From: an uncultured beta proteobacterium
Lineage (GTDB): Bacteria > Pseudomonadota > Gammaproteobacteria > Burkholderiales > SG8-39
NCBI GenBank assembly: GCA_963699535.1
Contig: CAVOUJ010000017.1
Coordinates: 7,209 to 71,208, forward strand
Direction of reading: 5' to 3'
Length of the DNA stretch: 64,000 bases
The notes under the pieces: generated by a model
Told to the model about the DNA's origin: nothing
Seen by the model: only the letters and a program-made list of their open reading frames with translations
Databases searched by the model: none
Part shown: positions 38,196 through 47,707 of the stretch, in pieces
Layout of the letters: each line of letters opens with the position of its first letter
How positions within the stretch are numbered: the stretch's first letter is position 1
Made by a program: the position numbers and the translations under genes

Positions 38196-39371
38196 ATGCT
38201 GATCGACTTCTTCCTCAAGCTCAAGAGCCACAAGCTCCCGGTCTCGATCAGGGAGTACCTGACGCTGCTCGAGGCGATGCAGAAGAACGTGATCTCGCCC
38301 TCGATCGACGAGTTCTACTACCTGTCACGCACCGCGCTGGTGAAGGACGAGAACAACTTCGACAAATTTGACCGCGCCTTCGGCGAGTATTTCAAGGGCA
38401 TCGAGTCGATCGCGGGCGCGGAGTTCGACGTGCCGCTCGAGTGGCTGCTGAAGCAGGCGGAGCTGAACCTCTCGCCCGAGGAGAAAGCGATGATCGAGGC
38501 CATGGGCGGCTGGGACAAGCTCATGGAAACGCTCAAGAAGCGGCTCGAGGAGCAGAAAGGCCGCCACCAGGGCGGCAACAAGTGGATCGGCACTGCCGGC
38601 ACCTCGCCCTTCGGCGCCTACGGCTACAACCCCGAGGGCGTGCGCATCGGCCAGGACAAGTCGCGCAACCGCAGCGCCGTGAAGGTGTGGGACGCGCGCG
38701 AATACCGCAATCTGGACGATTCCGTCGAGCTGGGCACTCGCAACATCAAGGTCGCGCTGCGGCGCCTGCGCAAGTTCGCGCGCGAAGGCGCCCCGGAGGA
38801 ACTCGACCTCGACACGACGATCGACAAGACCGCGAGGAACGCGGGCTGGCTCGACCTGCACATGCGCCCGGAGCGGCACAACGCGGTCAAGGTGCTCATG
38901 TTCCTGGACATCGGCGGCACGATGGACGACCACATCAAGCTGTGCGAGGAGCTGTTCAGCGCGGCAAAGACCGAGTTCAAGCACCTCGAGTACTTCTACT
39001 TCCACAACTGCCTCTACGATTACGTGTGGAAGGACAACCGGCGCCGGCACGCCGAGCGCACCCGCACCTTGGACATCATGCACAAGTACGGGCACGACTA
39101 TAAGCTCGTCTTCGTCGGGGATGCGACCATGAGCCCGTACGAGATCCTGCAGCCGGGAGGCTCGATCGAGTACTCGAACGACGAGGCGGGCTCGGTGTGG
39201 CTGAAGCGCATGCTCGAGGTCTACCACAAGGCCGTGTGGCTCAACCCCGAGCCCGAGGAGATCTGGCCCTACCGCCAGTCGATCGGCATCATCAGGGAGA
39301 TCATGGGCGGGCGCATGTACCCGACGACGATCGTGGGACTGGAGCGCGCGATGCGCTCGCTGGTCAAGTAG
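38196..39371 (+). CDS. VWA domain-containing CoxE-like protein (partner of the MoxR ATPase)
   Basis: MLIDFFLKLKSHKLPVSIREYLTLLEAM.. is a typical CoxE-like N-terminus. ..VLMFLDIGGTMDDH.. is the VWA/MIDAS region. 391 aa. Confidence 0.75.
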   Translation: MLIDFFLKLKSHKLPVSIREYLTLLEAMQKNVISPSIDEFYYLSRTALVKDENNFDKFDRAFGEYFKGIESIAGAEFDVPLEWLLKQAELNLSPEEKAMIEAMGGWDKLMETLKKRLEEQKGRHQGGNKWIGTAGTSPFGAYGYNPEGVRIGQDKSRNRSAVKVWDAREYRNLDDSVELGTRNIKVALRRLRKFAREGAPEELDLDTTIDKTARNAGWLDLHMRPERHNAVKVLMFLDIGGTMDDHIKLCEELFSAAKTEFKHLEYFYFHNCLYDYVWKDNRRRHAERTRTLDIMHKYGHDYKLVFVGDATMSPYEILQPGGSIEYSNDEAGSVWLKRMLEVYHKAVWLNPEPEEIWPYRQSIGIIREIMGGRMYPTTIVGLERAMRSLVK

Positions 39372-39384
39372 CGGGGCGCAAGAG

Positions 39385-39747
39385 GTGAGCAAGCCGCTCG
39401 CACCGTCAGCGTTCCTTGCCCTCGCGTTGAGCTTCGTGGCCTGCAGCGCCGTTGCGCAAAAGCCGCCGAAAGCCCTCTGGGGAGCGATCGCCTACAGCAC
39501 CAAGACCGGCGCCTATGGGTACGCGGTGGACTACGCGACCAAGCGCGCCGCCGAGACCGAAGCCTTCCGCATCTGCGGCACCAACTGCGACCTGGTCCGC
39601 AGCTTCCGCAACGGCTGCGCCGCGGTCGCGACGCGGGAGAAACGTATCGCCTCGGACACGGGCGCGTCGCGCGAGATCGCGCAGGCCAAGGCGCTCAAGA
39701 AGTGCGGCGACCGGTGCACGATCGCCGTGTGGGCCTGCACGAAGTAA
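39385..39747 (+). CDS. DUF4189-like secreted protein (120 aa)
   Basis: GTG start and signal peptide, then ..ALWGAIAYSTKTGAYGYAVDYATKRAAETEAFRICG..C.. with a Cys pattern typical of DUF4189. Confidence 0.55.
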   Translation: MSKPLAPSAFLALALSFVACSAVAQKPPKALWGAIAYSTKTGAYGYAVDYATKRAAETEAFRICGTNCDLVRSFRNGCAAVATREKRIASDTGASREIAQAKALKKCGDRCTIAVWACTK

Positions 39748-39774
39748 GCTCTCGCGGATTCAGTCGGGTGGCGA

Positions 39775-40245
39775 TCAGCCCGTCGAGCATGCGACAAGGT
39801 CCATTGCCGACAGATTGTAGATCCGCCCGAAACCGGCGACGAAGCGCACCTCGCGCGGAGCGATGCGCCAGAACGAGAAGTCGGGAAGCTCGAAGTTGAT
39901 TCTCTGTTCCGGGAATCTTTGCAGCCAGGACTTCCTCAACTCCGGCTCTTCCCCCTGCAACTGCTCTGCTCCCCCCCGGATCGACACTCTCATCAGGGTG
40001 AAGGGATCCGCCCGGCCGTCGTCGGTCTCCGCGATCGACAGCGCGACCCGCGCATCCTTCGCCATGTCCTGCGTGTGCCACGCCAGCCGGCTCACGTGCA
40101 CGTGAAAGGCCGAAAAGTCCGGCGCCGGCAGGTAGAGCGTCATCGACACCATCGGCGCGCCCTGCCGCAATGTTGCGAGGTGCGCCACGCGCACCTTTCG
40201 CAGAAGGCTGGCGAGAGCGCTGAGAGTCTCCGAATCCGCTTTCAG
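39775..40245 (-). CDS. Pyridoxamine 5'-phosphate oxidase-like (split-barrel/HugZ-like) protein
   Basis: The last 156 codons of track ORF 39775..41715 read LKADSETLSALASLLRKVRVAHLATL..MVSMTLY..RVSIRG..RFVAGFGRIY... The candidate CTG start overlaps the tctA stop (CTGA) and follows GGAGGA. The Met at 40152 is an alternative start. Confidence 0.45.
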   Translation of the reverse strand: MKADSETLSALASLLRKVRVAHLATLRQGAPMVSMTLYLPAPDFSAFHVHVSRLAWHTQDMAKDARVALSIAETDDGRADPFTLMRVSIRGGAEQLQGEEPELRKSWLQRFPEQRINFELPDFSFWRIAPREVRFVAGFGRIYNLSAMDLVACSTG

Positions 40246-41762
40246 CGCTCCTCCCCGAACCGCTCCGCCTCCAGCTTGCTCCGCCGCCAGCCGCGCCACA
40301 GCGGCAGAATGAGCGAAAGGACGAGCAGCGCCCACAGCACGTTTCCAAGCGTCGAGGAAAACAGGATCGTGATGTCGCCCTGCGAAAGACGCAGCGCGCG
40401 CACCAGGTACTGCTCGAACAGAGGCCCGAGGATGACGCCGATGAGGATCGCGGTGACGTGGTAGTTGGTCTTGTGCGCGATGTAGCCGATCACCCCGAAG
40501 ACGAGCGCGAGCCCCATGTCGAAGAGGTACTGCCGCTCGACGAAAGCGGCGACGATGGTCACGAGGATGATGATCGGAGCGAGATACGTCGTTTCGATGA
40601 GCACGATGCGGGACACGTAGCGCGCGAGCGGCAGGATCGTGAAGATCATGAAGATGTAGGCCACCGCCATCGAGACGAATACGCCGTAGGCGATCTCGGG
40701 GTGGCTCGCGAAAAGGCGCGGTCCCATCACCACGCCGTGGTACTGGAGCACGATCATCATGACCGCCGCGGTGCTGCCCCCGGGCACGCCGAGCGCGAGC
40801 GTCGGGACGAGCGTGCCCGAGGTGACGCCGTTGTTCGCCGCCTCGGGCGCGATCACGCCCTCCGGCACGCCCGTGCCGTAGGCTTCCGGGTGCTTCGACC
40901 ACATGCGCGACTGCTGGTAGGCCACGAAAGCCGCGATGCTCGCCCCGGCGCCCGGGACGATGCCGATAAAAAGGCCCACGAAGGCCGTCCACACGATGTG
41001 CCACCACTTCGCAAGCGACATGCGAAGGCCGTCGACGATGTCGGCCCAACGCACCTGAGCCGCACGCTCGCGGCCTTCCTTTCCGACGATCAGCTTTTCC
41101 TCGATCATGACCAGGGCTTCCGAGATCGCGAAGAGCCCGATCAGGGCGGGCACGAGCGGGACGCCGTCGTAGAGCTCGAGAAAGCCGAAGGTCGCCCGCG
41201 GCGTGTTGTAGATATGGTCGGTTCCGATCACGCCGATCAGCAGACCGAAGAATCCGGCGATCAGACCTTTGAGCAGGTCCTTCGCGGCGAGCACGGCGAT
41301 CAAGGTCAGGCCGAACAGCATGACGACGACCATCTCGACCGAGCGCAGGACAAGGCCGATCTGCGAGAGCCACGGCAGCAGCGCAAGCGTCGCGAGCGTG
41401 GTGATCAGTCCGCCAAACACCGACGCAGTGAAGCACAGCACCAACGCCTGCTGCGCCTGGCCTTTCTGGGTCATCGGATAGCCGTCCAGCGTCGTCGCGG
41501 CCGCGCCGCCCGAGCCGGGGATCTTCACCAGGATCGCGGGAATTCCCCCCGCGAGGTGGTTCGCGCAGTACAGCGCGATCATGAACGCGAGCGCCTGCTC
41601 GACCGGCACCGCGAGGGTGAGCGGCAGCAGCATGATGAGCGTGTTCTGCGGGCTGAATCCCGGCAGGATGCCGACGACGATGCCGAGCAGGATCGCGGGC
41701 CAGATGATCCACCACAGGCCGAACTGCGTCGCGAACTGGCCGGCGAGGAATTCCCAGGACAC
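40242..41762 (-). CDS. tctA: Tripartite tricarboxylate transporter large permease TctA
   Basis: Intact 506 aa and polytopic. It opens (GTG)SWEFLAGQFATQFGLWWIIWPAILLGIVVGILPGFSPQNTLIML.., the typical TctA N-terminus. Confidence 0.9.
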   Translation of the reverse strand: MSWEFLAGQFATQFGLWWIIWPAILLGIVVGILPGFSPQNTLIMLLPLTLAVPVEQALAFMIALYCANHLAGGIPAILVKIPGSGGAAATTLDGYPMTQKGQAQQALVLCFTASVFGGLITTLATLALLPWLSQIGLVLRSVEMVVVMLFGLTLIAVLAAKDLLKGLIAGFFGLLIGVIGTDHIYNTPRATFGFLELYDGVPLVPALIGLFAISEALVMIEEKLIVGKEGRERAAQVRWADIVDGLRMSLAKWWHIVWTAFVGLFIGIVPGAGASIAAFVAYQQSRMWSKHPEAYGTGVPEGVIAPEAANNGVTSGTLVPTLALGVPGGSTAAVMMIVLQYHGVVMGPRLFASHPEIAYGVFVSMAVAYIFMIFTILPLARYVSRIVLIETTYLAPIIILVTIVAAFVERQYLFDMGLALVFGVIGYIAHKTNYHVTAILIGVILGPLFEQYLVRALRLSQGDITILFSSTLGNVLWALLVLSLILPLWRGWRRSKLEAERFGEER

Positions 41763-41785
41763 GGCCTACTTCCGGAACAAGGCCG

Positions 41786-42262
41786 TCAAGGCGTCAAGGC
41801 ATTCTCGACCGGCCCGTGCGGGAGGTCCGCATTGAGCGTAGCGATGAAAAGCAGATAAGCCGACGCGGCCACGCCAAAGGACACCCAGAACAGATGCCCG
41901 CGGCTGCGAACACCCATCAGATACCAGCGCGGCGGCAAGGCCCAGAAAGAGCGAGAGCGAAAGGCCCAGCCACGGCATCGCCGCGATGAAGACGACGGTG
42001 AGGAGGACGAGGCCGACACGCTTGCCCAGCGCGTCGCGTGGCTCGATCAGCGGATCGAGCTTGAGGTCGCTCCGGCCCGAGGCGAGCCGCACGAGCGTGC
42101 GCACCACCTGAACCCCGATCAGCGCGACGAGGACCGTCCCGATCAGCACGCCGTTCGCCTTGGCTTCCCAGGCGAGATCGGCGATCGAGAAGAAGAAATA
42201 TGCCGCGAAGGCGAGCCGAGCGCCGGGATGACGAGATCTGCGCCGAGCGGCGCTTTCTTCAC
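41786..42262 (-). pseudogene. tctB: Tripartite tricarboxylate transporter small subunit TctB, at least 2 frame changes
   Basis: The GTG start overlaps the tctC stop. The text VKKAPLGADLVIPALG | LAFAAYFFFSIADLAWEAKANGVLIGTVLVALIG...LGLAAALV | YLMGVRSRGHLFWVSFGVAASAYLLFIA.. is spread over three frames (track ORFs 41766..42149 and 41786..42019). Confidence 0.6.
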
Positions 42263-43271
42263 TAAGCTTTCCCCCTGGCAGTCAGGAGTGAACGGTACTC
42301 GTTCGCAAGCTCGACCATCGCCTCGAGCGTAGCGCGTGCACAGCGCGCGATCGCCGTACTGGATGGTCTCGACCGGCGCGCCGGTCTTCGCGTACTCTTC
42401 CCTGTACTTGGGATTATCGAAGACCTGCTTCGCCGTTTTCTCCAGCAGCGCGAAGCGCTCCGGGAACTTCTCGATCGACCTCGGTGTGAACCGCCCAGGA
42501 GCGCGACGAATAGAGCGGCGGTATCTTGGTCCCGAATACCTTGTTCACCGACGGCGCGTTGTTCGTGTATCGCTGGAGCTTGTATTCGTCGTTGAACACG
42601 CCGAGGATGCGCATCTGCTCGCCCAGAGCGACGATCCCCGCGATCGGCAGCGCGCCGCAATCGGCTTCGCCGTTCATCACCGAGACCATCGTCGGATTGC
42701 CGCCGCCGTAGGGCACGAGGTTGAACCTTGCATTGACCGCCCTGCCCAGCGCGAGCAGCCCGATCGAGGCCGGGTGCGGCAGCCGGCTTACCGCCACGTT
42801 CACCGCGCGCTTCTTCGCCTCGGCGACAACGTCCTCGATCCGCCGGAACGGGCTCTTCTGGCGCACGAAGATGATGCTGTCGTCCACGTCGAGCCGGCAG
42901 AAGTACTGGTAGTCCTCGGGAAAGCGGTACGGCGGTTTTTGCAGCGCGTACATGATCATCTCGGGACCCATGTTCCCGAACAGCAGGTTGTGGCCGTCGC
43001 GCTCGCGCTTGTTGAGGAAGACCTCGTAGCCCACCTGCCCGGCTGCGCCGGGGAAGAAGCTGTACTCGAACTGGGTCTTCAGGAGCGGCGCCCAGAAATC
43101 GTCGAACACGCGCGCGAGCCGATCCGCGCCGCCGCCCTGTCCGGTCGGGATGACCACGCGCATGTTACGCGACGGGAATGCCTGGGCTCCGGCTCGTGGC
43201 AGGTGCGCGAGCGCCATCGCGGCGCCCGCTCCGGCGAGCAGACGCCGCCGGGTGATGTCGCGCACTGTCAT
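42262..43271 (-). pseudogene. tctC: TctC-family substrate-binding protein, two frameshifts in the 3' quarter
   Basis: The Tat-like signal is ..RRRLLAGAGAAMALA. ..MRVVIPTGQGGGADRLARV.. continues to ..WAVHTEV in ORF 42414..43271. SIEKFPERFALLEKTAKQVFDNPKYREEYAKTGAPVETIQYGD is in the third frame. The end ..ATLEAMVELANEYRSLL.. is in ORF 42262..42660. Confidence 0.7.
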
Positions 43272-43293
43272 GCCTTGCTCCTCCTGTGTGAAA

Positions 43294-45092
43294 TCAGGCC
43301 TGCCCCGGCGGCGGCGCGACCTTGAGCACTTCCTCGAGCGTCGTCAACCCCATCGCCACTTTCATCGCGCCGCTGATCCGCAGCGGCTTCATGCCTTCCT
43401 TGTAGGATTGCTCCCTGATCCTGGCGACGTCGACCTCGGCGGTGATCAGGCGTTTCACGTCGGGCGAAAGCAGCAGGATCTCGTATAGGCCGATCCGCCC
43501 GGTGTAACCGGTGTTGCGGCACTCGAGGCACCCGACCGGCCGATAGACGTGCGCAGGGCGCTTCGCCTTCCAGGGCGCGACGAACTCCTCCCAGCTCACA
43601 TCGCCCTCGCGGTCGGAGTCGTAGGGGACTTTTTCCTTGCAGTGCTTGCACAGCGTGCGCACCAGGCGCTGCGCCATGACCCCGAGGATGGTCGAGTTGA
43701 GGAGGTAGGGCGCGACGCCCAGCTCGAGCAGCCGCGTCACCGCGCTCGCCGAATCGTTCGTGTGCAGCGTGGAAAACACGAGGTGCCCGGTGAGCGCCGC
43801 CTGCACCGCCATCTCGGCGGTCTCCAGATCGCGGATCTCGCCGACCATGATGATGTCCGGGTCCTGGCGCATGAGCGCGCGCACCCCTTCGGCGAAGCCG
43901 AGCTCGATCGACTGCTGCACCTGCATCTGGTTGAACGCGGGCTCGATCATCTCGATCGGGTCCTCGATGGTGCAGACGTTCACCTCGGGCGTGGCCAGGG
44001 TCTTCAGCGTCGAATAGAGCGTGGTGGTCTTGCCCGATCCGGTGGGGCCGGTCACGAGGATGATCCCGTTCGGCTGCTCGATCATCTGCTTCCAGCGCCC
44101 CTTGTCGTCCTCCGAAAAGCCGAGCTCGGCGAAATCCTTGACGATGACCTCCGGGTCGAAGATGCGCATCACGAGCTTCTCGCCGAACGCGGTCGGCAGC
44201 GTCGAGAGGCGCAGCTCCACGTCCTGCTCGTCCGCGGTGCGCGTCTTGATGCGCCCGTCCTGGGGCCGGCGCTTCTCGACCACGTCCATCCTGCCCGAGG
44301 ATCTTGATGCGCGAAGTCATCGCCGCCATCACCGGCATCGGGATCTGGTACACCGGGTGCAGCACGCCGTCGATGCGGAAGCGCACCTCGCCCACGTCGC
44401 GCCGCGGCTCCATGTGGATGTCGCTCGCGCGCTGGTCGAACGCGTACTGCCACAGCCAGTCGACCACGTGGACGATGTGCTGGTCGTTGGCGTCGAACTG
44501 CTTGTTCGTCTGGCCGATCTCGACCAGTTGCTCGAAATTGCCGATTCCGCTGCGCTGGTCGCCCTTCTGCGCCGCGCCCTTGACCGACTTCGCAAGGTTG
44601 TAGAACTCGACCTGGTAGCGGCTGATGTCGAGCGGATTTGCGATGACGCGGCGAATCTCGAGCCTGAGCATCTGCTTGAGTTCCTTCTCCCACTCCTTGA
44701 CATAGGGCTCGGCAGGTCGCGATCACCGCCTCGCGGGTGTTGACTTCAACCGGGAGGATCTTGAAGCGCGCTGCATAGTGATTCGACATGACCTCGGTGA
44801 CGGCGGCGAAGTTGATCTTGAGCGGATCGACATGGAAGTAATCCATGCCGGTCTGCCTGGCCAGCCACTCCGTCAGCCACTCGAGGCTCAGCAACTTCTG
44901 CGGGGGCTTCTGGGAGCGCCACTTCTGGTCTGCGATCACCACCAGCGGATGGTGGTCGCCGCGATGGAGCCTTCTGTCGGCGATGAGCTTGTCGGCATCC
45001 GTCTTGGGCACGACGCCGTCCGCGACGAGGGCCTGGAGCACCTCGGGGAGCGCGAGGCGGTGATCCTGAACGGCGCTCTTTGCTGGCTGCAT
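43294..45092 (-). pseudogene. GspE/PilB-family secretion ATPase with T2SSE_N-type N-terminal domain, two frameshifts (about 44290 and 44717)
   Basis: The C-terminal ATPase (ORF 43294..44289) has Walker A VTGPTGSGKTTT, ..MRQDPDIIMVGEIRD.. and a tetracysteine motif CKHC...CLEC. The middle is in the frame of 43268..44671. The N-terminus is in 44169..45281, starting at Met 45092. Confidence 0.8.
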
Positions 45093-45195
45093 GGCTGGAA
45101 TATAGCCACCCCGTTCGCCGCCGGCAAGCGCTTTGACTTTGCCGAACATCTGCGCGATGCTTGCCGCCTCAAGACGCGAACCTACGGAGACCGAT

Positions 45196-45706
45196 ATGAC
45201 CATCAAAGTCGGCGACACCCTTCCCGACGGCAAGCTTTCCGAATCGACCGAATTCGACGCGCAAGCCGGCTGCCCGATCAATCCCCAAGACCATCAGCGT
45301 CGCCGAAGCGGCGAAAGGGCAAGAAGCTCGTCATCTTCGCCCTCCCCGGCGCGTACACGCCGACCTGCTCGGCGAAGCACGTGCCGAGCTATGTCAAGAA
45401 CTTCGATGCACTCAAGGCGAAGAAGGTGGACGAGATCTGGTGCGTGGCGACGAACGATGCCTTCGTGATGGCCGCATGGGGCCGCGACCAGAAAGCCACG
45501 GGGCAAGATTCGCATGCTCGGCGACGGCAACGCCGACTGGACGAAGAAGCTCGGCCTGGAGATCGACCGCACGTCGGCGCAACATGGGCGTGCGCTCGCA
45601 GCGCTACTCGATGCTGGTCGAGAACGGCGTGGTGAAGAAACTGAACGTCGAGGCGCCGGGCAAGTACGAGGTAAGCGGCGCCGAGACGATGCTGTCGCAG
45701 CTCTGA
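45196..45706 (+). pseudogene. Prx5-type peroxiredoxin, three frameshifts
   Basis: [14 protein letters not shown].. is in ORF 45133..45468. ..[40 protein letters not shown].. is in 44778..45635. ..[18 protein letters not shown].. is in the 45514 frame. ..[23 protein letters not shown].. is in 45440..45706. Confidence 0.75.
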
Positions 45707-46675
45707 AGCCTCGACTGGTCCTCGCGGCGCTCGGCCTGATCGCCGGCTTCGCATTCGCCTTCGGCGCGCTCGCGCAGGACTATCCGTCCCGGCCGATCCG
45801 GTTGATCGTGACCTACCCGCCAGGGGGCACGGTCGACATCACCGCGCGCGTCGTGCAGCCGAAGCTCTCGGAAGCTCTCGGGCAGACGGTCGTCATCGAG
45901 AACCGCGGCGGCGCGGGCGGCGCGGTCGGGCACCGAGGCGGCGGCGAGGAGCGCCCCGGACGGCTACACCTTCCTGTACACGCTCTCCTCGCACACGATC
46001 AATCCCTTCTTCTACAAGCTCAGCTACGACGTCGAGCGCGATTTCGCCCCGGTGTCGCTCGTCGTGAGCGCGCCGCAGCTCATCGCCGCGAACCCGAACG
46101 CGCCGGCGAAGACCCTGCGGGAGCTGGTCGCCACGGCGAGGGAGCGCCCAGGCTTCTACACCTACGCTTCGCCCGGCAGCGGCACGCCCGGCCACATCGC
46201 GGCCGAGCTGCTGAAGCTCAGGACCGGAATCAACATCGTGCACGTGCCGTACAAGGGCGGCGGTCCCGCGGTCGCGGACGTGCTCGCGGGACAGGTCCCG
46301 TATCTCTTCCTCACCGCGTCTGCGGCGTTTTCGCAGGCGCGCTCGGGCAGGCTGCGCGCGCTTGCGGTCACGACGCGGAAGCGCACCGCTTCCGCGCCGG
46401 ACATCCCCACGGTCGCCGAGGAGCTGAACCTGCCGGACTACGAGGTCGATTCCTGGTGCGCGATGTTCGCCCCGGCGAAGACGCCGGCGGCCATTGTCGC
46501 GCGCATGCAGAAGGAAATTGCGCGCGTCGTGCACCTGCCCGAGGTGAAGCAGAGACTCATCGAACAGGGCGCCGACCCGGTGGGCAGCAGCCCGGAGGAG
46601 CTGGAACGCGTGGTGAAGACCGAGCTCAAGAGCTGGGCCGAGGTGATCCGCAACGCCGGAATCAAGCCGGAATAG
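45703..46675 (+). pseudogene. Bug-family (TctC-like) substrate-binding protein, one frameshift near 45945
   Basis: The first part is [64 protein letters not shown]. After a shift, ..[10 protein letters not shown]...[12 protein letters not shown].. continues into ORF 46052..46675. The candidate CTG start overlaps the peroxiredoxin stop. Confidence 0.7.
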
Positions 46676-46680
46676 GGAAA

Positions 46681-47544
46681 CTAGAGCGCGGCGCGCGCCG
46701 GCGCGCCCGAGCCCTTGATCTGCGTGCGGTGCATCACGCGGCGCGACTTGGGATCGAAGGCGTCGCGGCGGTGCATGGTGGTGCGGTTGTCCCAGAGCAC
46801 GAGGTCGCCGAGCGCCCAGCGGTGCTTGTACACCGCAGCGTCGACGTAGGACCAGACCTCGTCGAGCAGACGTTCGGATTCTTCGAGCGGCAGGCCCATG
46901 ACGTAGGCGTTCCGCCTGCGGCCGAGGTACAGGGCGGCATCGCCCGACACCGGATGGCGGATCACCATGGGGTGCGGCGCGCCGACCGAGGTCCGGGGGT
47001 CGTTCGAAGGGGCGAGGCCCTTGCGCACGTTGCCCCCGGAGTCGTAGGTGCCGTCGTGCTTGACGTCGAGGTTCCGGATCCGCTCGACCAGGCTGCGCGG
47101 CATCTTCGCGAGCGCCGCCTTCATGCCGCAGAACCAGGTGTCGCCGCCCTGCCCGGGTATCTCGAGCGAATAGAGCATCGAGGCGTCGGGCGGCCGGGCG
47201 AGGTAGCTCATGTCGGTGTGCCACGCCGCCTCGCCGTCCCCGAGCGCGCCGATCGGCTCGCCCTCGTCGTCCAGCACGTTCGAGATCACGTAGATGTCGG
47301 GATAGCCCGCGGGCGACCTGCGCCCGGCGCCCTGGTTGGGCGGCGGATCGAGCGCGCCGAAGTGCCGGGAGAACGCGAGCAGATCGGCGTCGCTCAGTGT
47401 CTGATTGCGAAAGACCAGAACGTCGTGCTTGTACCACGCGCTCTTGATCGCCTCGATCTGCGTCCCGGTTGCGTTCGCCAAGTCGACGCCCCTCACCTCG
47501 GCGCCGACCGTCCCGGTGGGAATGACTTCGGAAGAAACGGCCAT
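46681..47544 (-). CDS. TauD/TfdA-family Fe(II)/2-oxoglutarate dioxygenase
   Basis: Intact 287 aa. ..[10 protein letters not shown].. is the HxD motif, followed by ..DTWFC.. and ..[10 protein letters not shown]... Confidence 0.85.
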   Translation of the reverse strand: MAVSSEVIPTGTVGAEVRGVDLANATGTQIEAIKSAWYKHDVLVFRNQTLSDADLLAFSRHFGALDPPPNQGAGRRSPAGYPDIYVISNVLDDEGEPIGALGDGEAAWHTDMSYLARPPDASMLYSLEIPGQGGDTWFCGMKAALAKMPRSLVERIRNLDVKHDGTYDSGGNVRKGLAPSNDPRTSVGAPHPMVIRHPVSGDAALYLGRRRNAYVMGLPLEESERLLDEVWSYVDAAVYKHRWALGDLVLWDNRTTMHRRDAFDPKSRRVMHRTQIKGSGAPARAAL

Positions 47545-47609
47545 TCCGGAAGTTTACTCTAGCGCCTGCGATAGTCGGTAGAGCGCGGTGGAGGGGGCGG
47601 CGGCGGGCA

Positions 47610-47705
47610 CTCGCCCAAGGCAACGCCCTCTCTCCGCGAATCCGCCCCGCCCGACCAGCCTTGGGGGCTCGCACGATGTCCCGCAGGGAGTTCGCCTCGA
47701 CAGGC
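47610..47705 (-). pseudogene. Relic of the 3' end of a gamma-glutamyltransferase gene (about 32 codons)
   Basis: The minus strand reads GWSGGADSRREGVALGE. The intact ggt ends in GWTGGADSRREGVALGE (55510-55560), so 16 of 17 residues match. My hand alignment gives 38/51 identical nucleotides. With one frame shift the match extends to ..LRDIVRAPKG (ggt: LHGIVRTSEG). The stop codon is lost (TGC). Confidence 0.5.
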
Positions 47706-47707
47706 TC

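Noticed and set aside
36702-38231. 509-aa minus-strand ORF overlapping the Bug gene out of frame
   Set aside because: The 318-aa ORF 37187..38143 in another frame has the full Bug/TctC signature. The longer ORF is Arg/Gly/Ala-rich nonsense.
45514-47674. Very long overlapping ORFs 45514..47562 (+, 682 aa) and 45893..47674 (-, 593 aa)
   Set aside because: Only short parts coincide with real genes (the Prx and Bug segments). The remainder is off-frame or antisense to the Bug and TauD genes, with Arg/Gly/Pro-rich text.
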